In this document: piece after piece, positions 14,130 to 27,945 of the stretch
How positions within the stretch are numbered: position 1 is the first letter of the stretch
How the letters are laid out: every line of letters starts with the position of its first letter
Assembly: GCF_006345805.1 (NCBI RefSeq)
Contig: NC_042997.1
Location: 185,318,001-185,382,000, forward strand
Length of the DNA stretch: 64,000 nt
DNA from: Octopus sinensis
Taxonomy: Eukaryota
Reading direction: 5' to 3'
Notes under the pieces: model-generated
Seen by the model: the letters and a program-made list of their open reading frames with translations, nothing else
What the model was told of the DNA's origin: nothing
Databases searched by the model: none
Translations under genes and position numbers: made by a program

Positions 14130-15328
14130 AGAGAAAGAGAGAGAAGTGTGTCACGCAGGCAGTCAAATGGACAGGGCAGATATTCAACAAGGACAGAAAA
14201 ATAGAAGACCTTTTATTTAAGGAAGCGCAAAACCTATTTTCTATATTACCTGCTATATTTTCTATTGATTCAAAAATATTTTGATATAGATAAAGCTGTT
14301 AGGGAATTGAAGTTAGGCTAACAACAGAAAAAATCTAGAGAGCGATTTCGATTACTGTCGAATGGAAAGGTGAAAAGAGGAAGAAAAGGTAAAATGCATT
14401 AATATAATGAATAGCTAAGTGAAGATCTAGCCACCATTTCTAGCAATCAAATTATATTAGATTTACGAAGTCAGTTTGTTTCATTATATTTTTATAAACG
14501 TATATATTTTAGTATATACATTTTTTATATAAGTTGTTTGAGGAAATGATTGAACACTTGAATTAAAAAAAAAAAGAGTTGAGTGATAAGGTGGAGGGCA
14601 GAAAAGGTGGGGAAGCGTGTATGTCTGCTGGAATTGAGGTCAATCGGATTGGTAAGTAGATGGTCAGACATTACTAGGAGTGATTTCAACAGCAAGGCAG
14701 ACATGTTAATTGAATGAGTTCAATACTTCTGAGAGTGAAGCTATTATCATTTTCGTTTTTCCAGTAATTATCATTACTTCGCCGCCACCACTACCACCAC
14801 TATTTCTATCATTATTTCTATGCCATTTCATCATCATCATCGTATTCGCAGTCGTCGTCATTGCTGCCCTCATTACCAACGTTATTATCATCATTTTCAT
14901 CTTTAACGTCGCTTTTATTTCAACGAAATTATTAAGAAAGTGAAAGACTGTTCTTGATTAGAATGATATATGAAACATGAACATGAGAGGTACGTTTCAT
15001 ACTCTACTCAATTCTAGCGGCCTATTATGAAGATATCACTGTACCATAGTAATGTCAGAAGCTACCGTTGGAACTTGACAGTCACTATCTTTAACTAACA
15101 GGTCTATAATATGGAGAAAGTTAAACGTCGTAAAACTATCTCAGATAGAACGTTCTGCATTTATTCATGTATAATAAGAAAATTTAATAGAACATATCAA
15201 GGTCAAGAAAGTTATGGTGAGCAAAATAATGCACAAGTGTTGTTTTAAAAGAAGATAAAACATAATACCTATACTTATAAAAAATGTGGGAGATTGCATT
15301 ATAAAAGATATAATAAAAATAAATAAAT

Positions 15329-15571
15329 GCGCCCTTTTAAACCCTAGCCAGGCTCATAGGCCCGGTTTCCTGGTTTCAGTGGCGTATGTGTTCTCCAGCT
15401 GGACGGGACGCCAGTCTATCGCAGCGTTACTCATTTTTGCCAACTGAGGGGACTGGAGTAACGTGAAATGAAGTGTTTTGCTCAAGAACACAACGCGTCG
15501 CCCGGTCAAGGAATCGAAACCACAATCTTACGATCATGATGCTGACACCCTAACCACTAAGCCACGCGCCT
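15329..15571 (-). mobile_element. tRNA-derived SINE family C (CORE-like plus V-domain-like)
   Basis: Minus strand GGCGCGTGGCTTAGTGGTTAG (A-box), GGTTTCGATTCC (B-box), TTGAGCAAAACACTT, CTGCGATAGACTGGCGTCCCGTCCAG. Confidence 0.85.
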
Positions 15572-15853
15572 TATAAAGTACATGCGCGAGCAGACAACCC
15601 ACACATTCATACACACACGTACTCAAAGTTTGTTTGTTGTACAGAAGAATTTGTTCCGTATATCTATGGTTTGGAAACATGCAAATTCTGCTATGTGTAC
15701 GAGCATATATATGCCCCCATTTCGGCATGGTTGAGTATTATCAATGCATACAATTATTACGCATAAACCTTCAATGATAATAAACTAAATGATAATATAC
15801 TGAACATATCTGTACTACACAATGAAGTCACATGTTGTGAATGCTTTTCCTGA

Positions 15854-16110
15854 ACCGGGCTGTGTGTTGTGTTCTTGAGCAAGACACTTTATTTCACGTT
15901 GCTCTAGTTCACTCAGCTGTCGAAATGAGTTGCGCCAAGTTGTATCAGCCTTTGACTTTCCCTTGGATAACATTGGTGGCGTGGAGAGAGGAGGGTGGTA
16001 TGCATGGACAACTGTTCGTCTTCCGTAAAATAACCTTGACTGGACTTGTGCCTTGGAAGGTAACTTTCTAGGTGCAATCCCATGACTCTTCGTGACAGAA
16101 GGGGGTCTCT
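15854..16110 (+). mobile_element. 5'-truncated SINE family D
   Basis: Aligns to 44773-45040 (TTGAGCAAGACACTT...CCTTGGATAACA...GGTGCAATCCCA). Confidence 0.8.
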
Positions 16111-16607
16111 CACACGGTGAATATTATTCTAATTCTACCAAAGAAAAGCTATTTGGAAATATTTATGGAGAAATGAAATGAATTATATAATACGTAGAAT
16201 AGAGAGGACTAATGAACCAGAGATTACATCAGAAAAATATAATAGTCCCAATTTAAAGTGTTCGAGATATCTACTGTGAAATAGTTAAAAGCCTAGAAGT
16301 ATTCCAAAACGACTGCCTTGTTTGTTTTTAATCTTTGATCTCAAAGCTTTAACTTGCTTCAGTTATTGGACTGTAAATATTGTAAAATTTAAAACCAGCA
16401 ATAATGATTTCCTGGATAAGTGAAACATCGGACTTAAGATCAAAGTAAGAGATCTTGATAACTGGCGACAAATGAAGCTAAAATATGAGATAATTAAAAA
16501 AACACAAATAGTTTCCTCTGTGACAAGTCAGAAATGTAACCACACGTGGACGGTTATTGATTTTCGTTTTTCCTTCTTTGGACTTTGCCCTTTCTTCTTT
16601 TCGACGA

Positions 16608-17180
16608 AGAGTGGATTTGGTGGACGGAAACTGAAAGAAGCCCGCCGTATATATTATTCGTGTGTGATTTTGTGTCTATGTTTGTCCCCCCACCATTGCT
16701 TGACGACCGATGTTGGTGTGTTTACGTCCCCCTAACTTAGCGGTTCGGCAAAAGAGACGATAGAATAAGTATTAGGATTACAAACAATAGGCCCTGGGGT
16801 TAAGTTGTTCGACTTTAAAACGGTGCTCCAGCATGGTCGCAGTCAAATGTCTGAAACAAGTAAGAGAATGAAAGAATATATATATATAAAAGCATTGTGA
16901 GTGGATTTGGTAGACGGAAACTGAAAGAATCCCGTCGTATATGTATATATATATATATGTTTGTGTGTCTGTGTTTGTCCCCCCCCCCCCAACATCGCTT
17001 GACAACCGAAGCTGGTGTGTTTACATCCCCGTAACTTAGCGGTTCGGAAAAATAGACCGATAGAATAAGTACTAGGCTTACAAAGAGTAAGTCCTGGGGT
17101 CGATTTGCTTGACTATAAGTGATGCTCCAGCATGGCCGCAGTGAAATGACTGAAACAAGTAAAAGAGTAAAAGAGCAAAG
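16608..17180 (+). mobile_element. Two head-to-tail 5'-truncated SINE family A copies
   Basis: GAGTGGATTTGGT.GACGGAAACTGAAAGAA at ~16609 and ~16899, each running to the GCTCCAGCATGG...AAACAAGTAA tail. Confidence 0.85.
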
Positions 17181-18491
17181 AGCACGCATGCACGCACACA
17201 CGCGCGCGCGCGCGCTCACAAACTCTCACACACGTATGAGTGTGTGTACCCGCATTTATGAATACATTCAATGTTAGCAGAAAAGTCGATATATAATAAT
17301 AGTCAGATACAAAGAGACTGAAATGGGATGGAAAAGTTTTTTTAATAGCACACAATTTTTTTTCACTTCTCATCATATTTTTTTTATTGTGTAAAAAAAA
17401 ATCCTGAAAACAAATATGTATTTATTTCAAAAGAGACAATACAGAATTCATAATTCTGCATCGTGAGACGCGGAAACATTTACTGCTAGAATTTTCTTCA
17501 ATTTCCTCCATTTTTCATTATTATATCTTTCCCTTTGTCTTTCGGTTCTGCTTTGGGAGTATTAACGCCAACGGCAATCCCAAGGTAGTAAGACAGTTTT
17601 TTTATTTAAATATTAATATAATGCAAAGGAACACACAAACATACAACCTTAAAATTCTGTCTAGTGTGTGAGGTTAACGGCAGACAATATGGAGGACAGA
17701 TACACAAAAATGTGAATGCACACACACATACAGGCGCATGCGCGTAGAGAAAATGGATATGAAATGATCTACGAATAAAAAATGAAGCGAAAGAAATAAT
17801 TCTAACAGAAGGAAAATAAGGTTGAATAAATGAGTAAATGTCGAAAAAAAGGAAAATAGAAGGCAGGAAAGAAAGAAGAGAAGGAAATAATGTCGTATTA
17901 GTCTATCAGCTGGAAAACTTTGCTCTGTGACTCAGTGAGGTAAATATTCGGAGAACTTTGCCTCAGCTTATAAATTAAAGAGAAACAATATTTTAAAAAA
18001 ATAATGGAACAGGGTGGGGAAAAAAATGAAAGAAATTTAGCCAAGATAAATAGTAGACTTTCTCTTTCGTTTCAGGTGTGGTCTGATTCTCCTTCTAGCT
18101 ATTGCCATGTTCCTCCTAAAATTCTTCTTTCGCTTTATAACACGGAAAATGAACTGCGAATGATAATACATTTTTACAGGCATAATTGCTTGCCAGCTAG
18201 CCCGGGTATCCTCCAACTCTTTATCCTTCTTCTTCTTCCCACTCACTCCTCTTTCCTGCCCCTTCTCCTCCTCTTTCTTCATCTTTTTCTTCTTCTTAAC
18301 ATCATTATCACAATTTCAATTTGCATTAATAATAATGATAATAACACCACCAATAACAATAAATAACAATAATAATATTGATAATAACATTATCATCGTC
18401 ATTATTTTTTGTCATGACCATCATCATCACTACTATTGCTATCGCTGTCATCATTATTATTATCATCATTATAATTACTATCATTATTATC

Positions 18492-18526
<35 letters not shown>

Positions 18527-18891
18527 TATCATTATTATTATTATTATCATTATCATTATTATCATTATCATTATTATTATTATCATTATTATTATATTTT
18601 ATCCACCTATCTGATATCAGCGCCATTGTCAATATTGTCTTTGTTATTAGCCTCATATCTACTTGTTTATATTTCATTTTCATGTATTTATTTTCTATTT
18701 ATTCATTAATTTGACTGGGTAGATGTTGCCAGGGGAAAAATAGTTCGAGATATATTTGCCTCAAGGAAACGGAAAAAGTAAGGTGATAAGATTACTCTAT
18801 CAATTCTTCCTTCTCTTTGGATCCAGATTTCAGATGCCATTGTTCTCTTGATATACATTGTAATATATTGTGTGTGTATATATATAATGAT

Positions 18892-18932
<41 letters not shown>

Positions 18933-19431
18933 GTATGTGTGTATATATATATTTATATATACTCACACACATACACGCGCACGCTTACAAGAAGCAGCCG
19001 TACCCACCCTTGGAATACTTATTGAAAATATCAGAAAAACTGATCTTTCCTTAAAAAAGATGCGAAATTACATATACAAATTTACGTTCGTATGTATGCG
19101 TTTATTCGTTTATGCATTTATGTATGTATCTATGTCTCTATGTCTGTTTGTATGTATGCGTGTCTGTGTCTGAGTGTGCGTGTGCGCGTGCGCGCATCTG
19201 CGTATAGACTAAGTCTTTTTCAAGAGGAAATTTAAAAATATAGCCAACATTTCTGGAGCTCACCTAAGTAGCATATCTTTAAACTCCTATATATTATTTT
19301 AATGCAATGGGATATACGATATTGCAGAAGAGTTGGAATTACATTCACATTCTCTCATGCTTACTTGTATTTTAGTACTGTAAATATGAGGATGACAGAC
19401 AGTTTATGCGTAAAAGCAAAAATAAATGTAC

Positions 19432-19915
19432 TCAGTACTTGTACTTCTACTTGTGACGGCGTTCACCCAGGGCGGGTTGAGCCGGCTTCTTCTCTGGTCC
19501 TGACGGCATCACGAACCATGGCGGCCCACGATCGACAGTCCTGTGCGAGGTCACTGGATATAGCGAGCCATTCCCGGTTCCATCTGCACAGACCGATCAC
19601 CTGCAGACCTGAGAGTTCGGAGAGGTTCTCCTTTATCATCGTTGCCCAGGTCTTCAGCTGCCCGCCTATGCATTTGCACCAGTTGGGAAGTGGAGGTGGG
19701 AAGAGGACATCGCGAATTAGCTTACCCTCTGGACACCGGGCCGCATGACCGAACCACCCTAAGCGCCGCTGTATAAGCACCGAAGGCGATGACGAAGTCC
19801 GGCTGCAGGAACCCGATCAATGCATCGACAGCAAAGAATGCGGCGGAGACAGTCATTGCGGAACACCTCCAGCCTTCGCTGATCGACTACCCTCTTAGGC
19901 CATGTTTCACAACCT
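19432..19915 (-). mobile_element. 5'-truncated RTE-clade LINE (second family), degenerate
   Basis: GCETWPKRVVDQRRLEVF..CLRRIL, then RRLGWFGHAARCPEG...GGQLKTW; tail of CAAGTA-like repeats. Confidence 0.85.
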
Positions 19916-20682
19916 ATGGTAAATGTATTGAATACGTAAATTGGTGCACCAGTTTTATAAAGTGTGAAGCTACTTGAAATTGTAATTCTTTTCATGGTGC
20001 TGATTATTCATAAGTTTTACGTAAAGAAGCAGCGTGATAATATATATGGCAAAAATAGCCGTAAAAACACATCGAAATATCAATAATCGTAGACACTAGA
20101 TTGTCTGAAAAAACTGTTAGAAGATAGACCATGCATTCATCTATTCATTTGTCATACGCAGAACATTTGATACGTTATTTTCTTCCTATGCATTTAGCGC
20201 AACTATATCGGGCTGCTGCTGCGAAATTTCCTTAAAACACGAAACTTTGAATACTATCATCACGGCAATTTAAAAATTATGTATGTGTGCATGTACGTTT
20301 CTATGTATGTCATTATTAAATTTTATTTAAATATTTCTTGCCAACAGCTGCTTTCTAACCTAGATCCAAGACTCATTGGAATTTCAACAACATGATCAAG
20401 GTATTTTTGCATTTTTGTATGTATATATCCATATTATTATGTTATATTTTATATATGTATTCTTATACATACAGTTGCATATCTAGACATGCTCATATAT
20501 ACTTAAATGATTAATTTCTGGAAAGTTTTACAGATTTGATGTATGTATGCAGGCATACCCACACGGATGCACAAGACGCATATACATACACATATATAAT
20601 TCCGGGACGGCGATAATTCAGATACTTGATCGCACGTGGGGGTAAGTATTCTGTGCATATTCTTTTATTCTTCTTTTTTTTT

Positions 20683-20881
20683 TACTTATTTCATTCAGTA
20701 GTCTGCGGCCATGCTGTAGCACCGCCTTGACGTTCTAGCCAAATGAATCAACCCTAGTACTTTTTTAAGCCTGATACTTATTCTAACGGACTCGTTTGAC
20801 GAACCATTAAGTTATGGGAACGCAAACACTTCTAAACCAGTTATCAAGCGGTGGGACACACACACACACACACTCACACAC

Positions 20882-20934
<53 letters not shown>

Positions 20935-21050
20935 GAAACAAATAATCGGCCTGGGGCTTTAGTAGATGACACTCGTCTAAGGTGCCACGCAGTGGGACTG
21001 AACCCAGAACCATGTGGCTGGAAAGCAAGCTTCTTAAGGCCAGCCCTGCT
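20683..21050 (-). mobile_element. SINE family A, diverged, with internal (CA)n
   Basis: GTGCCACGCAGTGGGACTGAACCCAGAACCATGTGG head and GCGGCCATGCTGTAGCACCGCC tail in reverse. Confidence 0.75.
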
Positions 21051-22209
21051 TTTTATCCCTTATATTTTAAGATATCTAACTATATAATATCATGGTTTTG
21101 CTTCAATAGTTAAGATCCTTTAGATAGATTTTCAAATTAATTTATAATTCTAAGAATACATTGAAAATTGTGAAATTAACATGAAGTTCTAAGATGAAAG
21201 AAATGATCTCAGCCAGATGGGATGTTCAAAATCAGTAAAATACAATAACCCTTACTCTAACAAAAGTGTTGATAACTACAGAACAATACAATATTATTAT
21301 GTCAAGACCCACAGCCGTTGAAGCAACATATTCTACACCAGTATACTGGTTATAATTCAAAACAACAGGTACAAAGAAAAGTAAATAAAAATAGGGTAAA
21401 AACAACTCAAGTAGGAATGGAACGTATATTTAAAAACTCAGGTAATAGGTTACTAACTACTGCGCGTTTACTGGTTTTAATTTAAGCTACAATCAATAAT
21501 GTAAAATATGCAAGACTATACAGCCACAAGTTAGCTCATTGAAATGAAATATGCAATTCCCATGAGGAGGAATCAGACTTTTGTCACCAAACGAAGTGCA
21601 AGGATAATTTTCATGGAGGGAGATATATTGGTTTCTAAAAGAGGAGGAAGATCATACATTTGGGATAGACAAAGGATGCAAGAGAGGTCAACCCTATCGA
21701 CCCTAGTACTTGACAAGTTCTTATTTTATTGCCCTCGTGAGTGGAAAGGCAAAGTTCAATTCAACGAGATTGAAACCCGGAATGTAAATGGATGTTATTA
21801 AATAGTGTGTAATATTACACTTCAAGTTTATTTATCCCTGAAGGATAAAACAAAAAAAAATGAACCGAGTAATATTTGAACACTCAACAGTATAACTATC
21901 AGCAATATTAATGACAGAATATTATTGGTGATTATTTATTGATCCTATAATGGTATACACCACAGACAGCATCATCGGGAATAGATTCACAATGCTCTCA
22001 CAATACTGAAAGTAATATTAATAATTTTTAAATACCAAAAGGGATTGCATTGGAATAGGGGTGTTGCGGATAGCACTGAATACTTTTCTCTCACTCTAAA
22101 AGGATGAAAGATTATCTTTCATTCCAGTAGCTTTTGAACTTGGAAATTAAAGGGATGATAGCTATGCGAATAAATCAGGCTATTATGCCATTTTGTTATC
22201 TATTGCACT

Positions 22210-22281
<72 letters not shown>

Positions 22282-22501
22282 TAGGTATGATAAAAAAATA
22301 TTCAGACAAATACATAGCAAAAACACCAGGACTTACAAACACATATAACATACAGAAAATTGCACTACTGGGCACTGCCCACATCCTACGCAAAACACTT
22401 TCAATACACTAACCATCAGAACATCACAACACAGCACATACCCAAGGCACACAGAGCTGTGCTCGGTTGTGAAGTAAAAGTACGTTATAAAAATAAAACT
22501 A

Positions 22502-22505
<4 letters not shown>
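22282..22505 (+). mobile_element. 3' end of R4/Dong-like REL-endonuclease retrotransposon in (TAA)n
   Basis: GMIKKYSDKYIAKTPG...IQKIALLGTAHILRKTLSIH* plus 3' UTR; pure (TAA)n on both sides. Confidence 0.85.
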
Positions 22506-22570
<65 letters not shown>

Positions 22571-23476
22571 TTCTTACATAGACACAAGTCTCTAAAAGAA
22601 AATGCATCAACAAGAATGATATAAGAGCAGAAATGCAATGAGTACAATTTTTGATATTGTCTTCAAAATTTGATCGGTACTTAGTTTATCGACCAGAAGC
22701 GTATAGTCTTGGTGAGTTAAGTACTAAAATTCCATTAAAGAGAGCAAATATTGTTTCTTTATGTTCTATAAAAAATTATTTTCAGCTTCTTTCTTTGTTT
22801 TTTCGTATCAGGAGGGAGTTTGTGGATACCATCAACTCTAGTACATGAATAGTACTTCATTTATCAAGTCTGAAAGGATGCAAAGCTAAGCTGGTCACTT
22901 GTATTTGAACTCAGCATGTAAAGAGTCAGAAGGAATACCGCAAGTTCTTTAGCCGATGCTAGCGATTCTGCCAGATCACTGCCTTTTTAACAAATAATAA
23001 TAATAATAATGACGATTTCTTATTTTGACACAGAGCCTCAAATGTCTGAACAGAGTACTAAATGTGATTAGCCTCGAAATCAGTAAACGGCTGATATTTA
23101 GTTCAAAGGACCGAAATCACACAAAGTAAACCAGATTCCAGTGAAATTTTAGTTATGAATGGTAACGAATAATACTAAATATTTCAAAGCCTTTCATCTG
23201 ATGACCTATTGTTTTGTCTACTCAACAGTCTCGAGAATAATAAAGAGAAGAGTAATATCCTTATTTTAGCATAGGCACAAAGCCACGAATTTAGGAGATG
23301 GAAGCTTTGCTTAAAGCTTCTGGCAGATCTTTTCTTGTCATATCAAGTACTAGGGGCAATATAAATTGAATATCCCCTTCATAAGAAACTTCTTTTGAAA
23401 ATAAAGGTATAAATACACAAACATATACAAATAAATATATATTATATATATAATACATATATAATATATATATACC

Positions 23477-23537
<61 letters not shown>

Positions 23538-24112
23538 GTATATATATACATATATACATATATATATATATATAATATATATATATGATATGTATAATAC
23601 TGGTATGTCAGTGTGTACACACACACACACACACACACAGAAGCAAAAAAAAACAAACATTTTATTTTTCCCAAAATATTTGAGTTTCTAAATTCTGGAT
23701 AAAAAATCACCTGCAAGGAGGGTGTGTTGATTATCATAAAGACAACATTTATGAGAAACTTTTCTTGCTACAATTTTCTATAAAGATGTGAAATAAAAAA
23801 AAAATCCCTTTGGCGCTGCTAAACATTAAACATTAGGAAATTATATTTTATTCTTTAGCTAGGACAAAGTGACTAGTTTGGTGTTGTGCTAAATGATGTA
23901 TGTCTCTGAAGGTTTTACAGAAGACTCGATAAATACTGATATCAACGAAATTAACAAATAGAATGAATACGTTAGAGAAGCTGGTTGAGTAGAGTGAAAA
24001 AATAAATGGAAAAACTTAGTGTTGATTCTTTTAATAAGAAGAGAACCAATGTCTGGTAGTTATCGTTGAATGTAAAGAAGATAATTTTAGTTGTAGTTTT
24101 GTTGATCTTGTG

Positions 24113-24154
<42 letters not shown>

Positions 24155-24207
24155 GTTATTATTATTATTGTTATTATTATTATTGTTATTATTATTATTA
24201 TTATTAC

Positions 24208-24750
24208 TGAATGAGAGAGCTGCATATGCCTACAAAGTGACACTGGGGTAAATTATACGAAGCCCAGTATACCCATCATGACTACCCGTCTGATAAGGGC
24301 ACACTAGGCACATGCATTACAACCATATATGCGCGACATGGTGATCTCATATCAAGATAAACAGCACATGACCTTGCAGGTGGGGCCCAGTTAGAATTTT
24401 CTTCTGGTCGAGTAACCCATCCCGCTCAAAAGGTCGCTGAATAAGTGATGTTTAAGGATGTTGAACGAAACACCCATGTCTCCAGGGGTGAATTGTTCAA
24501 ACCCCAAAGAATCCCTCTCAACACATCGCTATGATGCTCCCCCACTACTTCTGCTCGTGATCAGAGATGCACATATCGTCAGCCACCAAGGGAAAAGCTC
24601 AACTGGATAAGGTGAAACAACTGACAAGCAAATCTGTGGTATTGAGCAGAATATTTGCTGTAGCCTATCTTTTATACCAAGACAAAATGTACATGATAAC
24701 ACTTCCAATCAGTTAAGATCAGAAGCCACGAGAACCACTACGTGGTACTA
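24208..24750. mobile_element. ~545-bp non-coding interspersed element X in (TTA)n, copy 1
   Basis: Aligns end to end with 25381-25928; flanked by (TTA)n; no recognisable protein or tRNA head. Confidence 0.75.
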
Positions 24751-24766
24751 CAATTTATTATTATTA

Positions 24767-24811
<45 letters not shown>

Positions 24812-24813
<2 letters not shown>

Positions 24814-25298
24814 TCCTTCTTTCTTCAAATTTTCTTCCGTTTCTCGCCGAGTGTTTTCCGTACATCTAGGGCAGAGAAACTCATTGTATACATTCCCAGA
24901 TTACACACGCAAATTCACAGGTAAAATATGTATTTAAAAAAAATAAATAAATAAATTCATGAATGGATGTTGTTTTCACAGCGATAATGCTCTTCTCATT
25001 ACATGAGTCGTTCCTTTTAACACGATTTTTTTTGCACTTCCTGTAGTGATGGCAAGCCTAGTATCAGTTTCAAATAGGTTTCAATAACTTTTTTTTATCA
25101 TTCCTAGAGATCTTACAATCACTGGTACTGTAGTCGCCTTGAGATGTCACATTCTTTCAATTTCTATTAGCAAGTCTTTATATTTACTGGTCTTGTTAAA
25201 TTCTTTCGCCGCTCTATTGTGATCGCAAGGAATTCTCATGTCAATTAATTAGCACACCTTTTTTGACTGATCTTTTATAATAATATCCGGTTTATCTA

Positions 25299-25300
<2 letters not shown>
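24812..25300 (-). mobile_element. 3' end of R4/Dong-like retrotransposon (REL domain)
   Basis: Minus strand DKPDIIIKD..LIDMRIPCD...K.SKYKDL.IEIERM..L...TVPVIV.SLGMIKK (PD..D..K..KY REL motif); (TAA)n flanks. Confidence 0.85.
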
Positions 25301-25380
<80 letters not shown>

Positions 25381-25381
<1 letters not shown>

Positions 25382-25928
25382 GAGTGAGAGAGCGGTGCAT
25401 ACCATCAAAGTGACACTGGGGTAAGATATACGAAGTCCAGTATACACATCATGACTCCCGTCTGATAAAGATACACCAGGCACATGCATCATAACCATAT
25501 GTGCGCGACATGGTGACTTCATATCAAGATAAACAGTACATGACCATGCATGTGGGGCCCAGTTAGAATTTTCTTCAAGACGAGTAGCCCATCCTGCTCA
25601 AAAGCTCACTAAATAAGGCTTGTTTAAGGATGTTGAAAGAAACACCCACGTTTCCAGAGGTGAATTATCCAAACCCCAAAGAATTCCTCTCAACACATGG
25701 CTATGATGCTTCTCCCACTACTTCTCGTGATCTGAAATATGCACATATCGTCAGCCACCAAGAGACATCCTCAACCGGTTATGGTCAAGCAACTGATAAG
25801 CAAATCTGTGGTATTCAGCAGAATATTTGTTGTAGCCCGTCTTTTATACCAAGACAAAACAATGTACATGATAACACTTCCAATCAGTTACAATGAGATG
25901 CCATGAAAGCCACTGCCTGGTACGGCAT
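25381..25928. mobile_element. Element X, copy 2
   Basis: Full-length diverged copy of 24208-24750, in (TTA)n. Confidence 0.75.
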
Positions 25929-25954
25929 TATTATGATAATAATAATTATTATTA

Positions 25955-26282
25955 TTATCTTCTTTCTTCAAATTTTCTTCCGTTTCTCGCCGAGTGTTTT
26001 CCTTACACCTAGGGCAGAGAAGCTCATTGTATGCATTCCCGGATTACACATGCAAATTCACAGGTAGAATATGTATTTAAAAATTAATAAATAAATAAAT
26101 TCATGAATGGATGTTGGTTTCACAGCGATAATGCTCTACTCAGTGAATGAGCCGTTCCAGTTAACAACTTTTTGCACTTCCTGTAAAGATGGCAAGCCTG
26201 GTATCATTTTCAAATAGGTTTCAGTACCTTTTTTATCACTCCTAGACATCCTACTGGTACTGTAGTCGCCTTGAGATACCAC
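25955..26282 (-). mobile_element. R4/Dong-like 3' end, same family as 24812-25300, shorter
   Basis: Aligns to 24812-25150; encodes ...YLKMIPGLPSLQEVQKVV. Confidence 0.85.
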
Positions 26283-26319
26283 ATTATTATTATTATCATT
26301 ATGATTATTATTATTATTT

Positions 26320-27320
26320 TCTTGACTCAGGTTTGGTATCATTTCTGGCAGAATTTATGTGGCTAGCGGGTTACTACCTGTCACCTTCTTTACCTATATG
26401 ATTTCAACAAGTTATCAAGTGCTTGAAGCTCCTCTGATGATGTTTTCTAAGAGGCAAAACGTCTGTAAAAACTCTACACGACTTTCTATTTCAGTATCCT
26501 TTAACCATTTGTCAATTTCAACACTCACAGTCCTGATCATCGGTACAAACTTCACAGATTTTATGTTCCAAATCCTCGCAATCTTGAATTTTAAGCTGCT
26601 ATTTATTTATTTATTTTTCTTTTCATCCATATGCTTTCTTTACTATCCTAGAATCAAATGGACATGTTGGATTGATTAGTGTGTAAAGTCGAATTTCTTT
26701 GTCTATTTTCTCCTTGTATTTTCTGACTGAATGTTTCATATTCTTATCCCTTTGAATGTGGAAATATCACAAAATTTTGAATGCCTCCAGCTCAAGAACT
26801 CTTTCTACCTGATGACTGTATCATGTACTTCCTGCTTCACACTCCCATTGCTGACACGGTTTCAAGTGTAAAATCTTCACAAGACGATCATATCTCCGGG
26901 CCAAATTGTGGCATTCTGCCATAATGTGTGCCAACGTTTCATCCAATATTCTACATATTCTCCATCTGTCCGACACCTCCACTGCATGTACATATTTTCT
27001 CAAGTTGTTTCCACTGATTGGTCTTGAGCTGTTATAATAAAGCTGTCAGTTTCTTTTTTGTAATTGTCCCTTTTTCATTCAAGCCCATGAATTTACTCCA
27101 TCAACATTCTCAATGGTTTCCAAAAATGACCATACAGGATTTTCTCGTCATTTTGTTCAACATGTTCTCTAAGAATTTCATTTTTGGTCCTTTGCAGTTT
27201 TGATCTATCCTTTATAAAATAAAAAAAAATTAAACATCTGCCCTTTCCAGTTTTGATCTGTCTTTTATTCACTGCCTTTCGTAATTTTCTGTGTTGTTCT
27301 ACAAAAGATTAATTGAGCTG
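26320..27320 (-). mobile_element. Degenerate R4/Dong-like retrotransposon (CCHC knuckle plus REL), third family
   Basis: DRWRICRILDETLAHIMAECHNLA..RYD (decayed CxxC..H..C..RHD); 3' part similar to 41765-42125. Confidence 0.75.
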
Positions 27321-27462
27321 CTTCGTTTCATCTGTATGCACTTGTCTTATCGATCCTTTTGGTCGAACATCTAAGTCATAAGGACAGAAACAAACCAACA
27401 CTATTTGTCAAGCAGATGTAAACGACAAACACATCAATGCATCAAAAACACACAGATACATC

Positions 27463-27500
<38 letters not shown>

Positions 27501-27554
27501 TACGTGCATACATGCATATACATACATAAACACACACACACACCCTTTAACTTT

Positions 27555-27945
27555 TATCTTCTACTTGTTTGAGTCATTAGACTGCGGCCATGCTGCAGCG
27601 ACGACTTGAAGTAGTTTAGTCGCACAAATCTTCCTCGGGAATTAAATTTTTAAAAACTGCTAGATTACAGGGACGTAAACACACTAACACTGGTTGTGAA
27701 AAGGAAGGGGAGAGACAAACACAAGTACAAAAATGGACACAGTCACACACACACACACACATACACAGATGAATATATGTGTGTATGGCGGGATTCTTTT
27801 CAGCCTCCGTCCACAATGTCTTGTTAGAAGTTTATGGTCGACCCATGTTAGAAAACATATCTCCAAGGTGCTACGCATTGGGGAACTGAACTCGAAACCA
27901 TTGGTTGGGAAGCAAACATCTTACCACACAACTCTGCTCGCGCCT
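27555..27945 (-). mobile_element. SINE family A, diverged
   Basis: ACTGCGGCCATGCTGCAGC tail and CCAAGGTGCTACGCATTGGGGAACTGAAC...CTTACCACACA head in reverse. Confidence 0.7.

Noticed and set aside
20600-20650. Consensus donor GG|GTAAGT, and an acceptor-like TTTCAG at ~18075
   Set aside because: Isolated splice-like words with no supportable exon or reading frame
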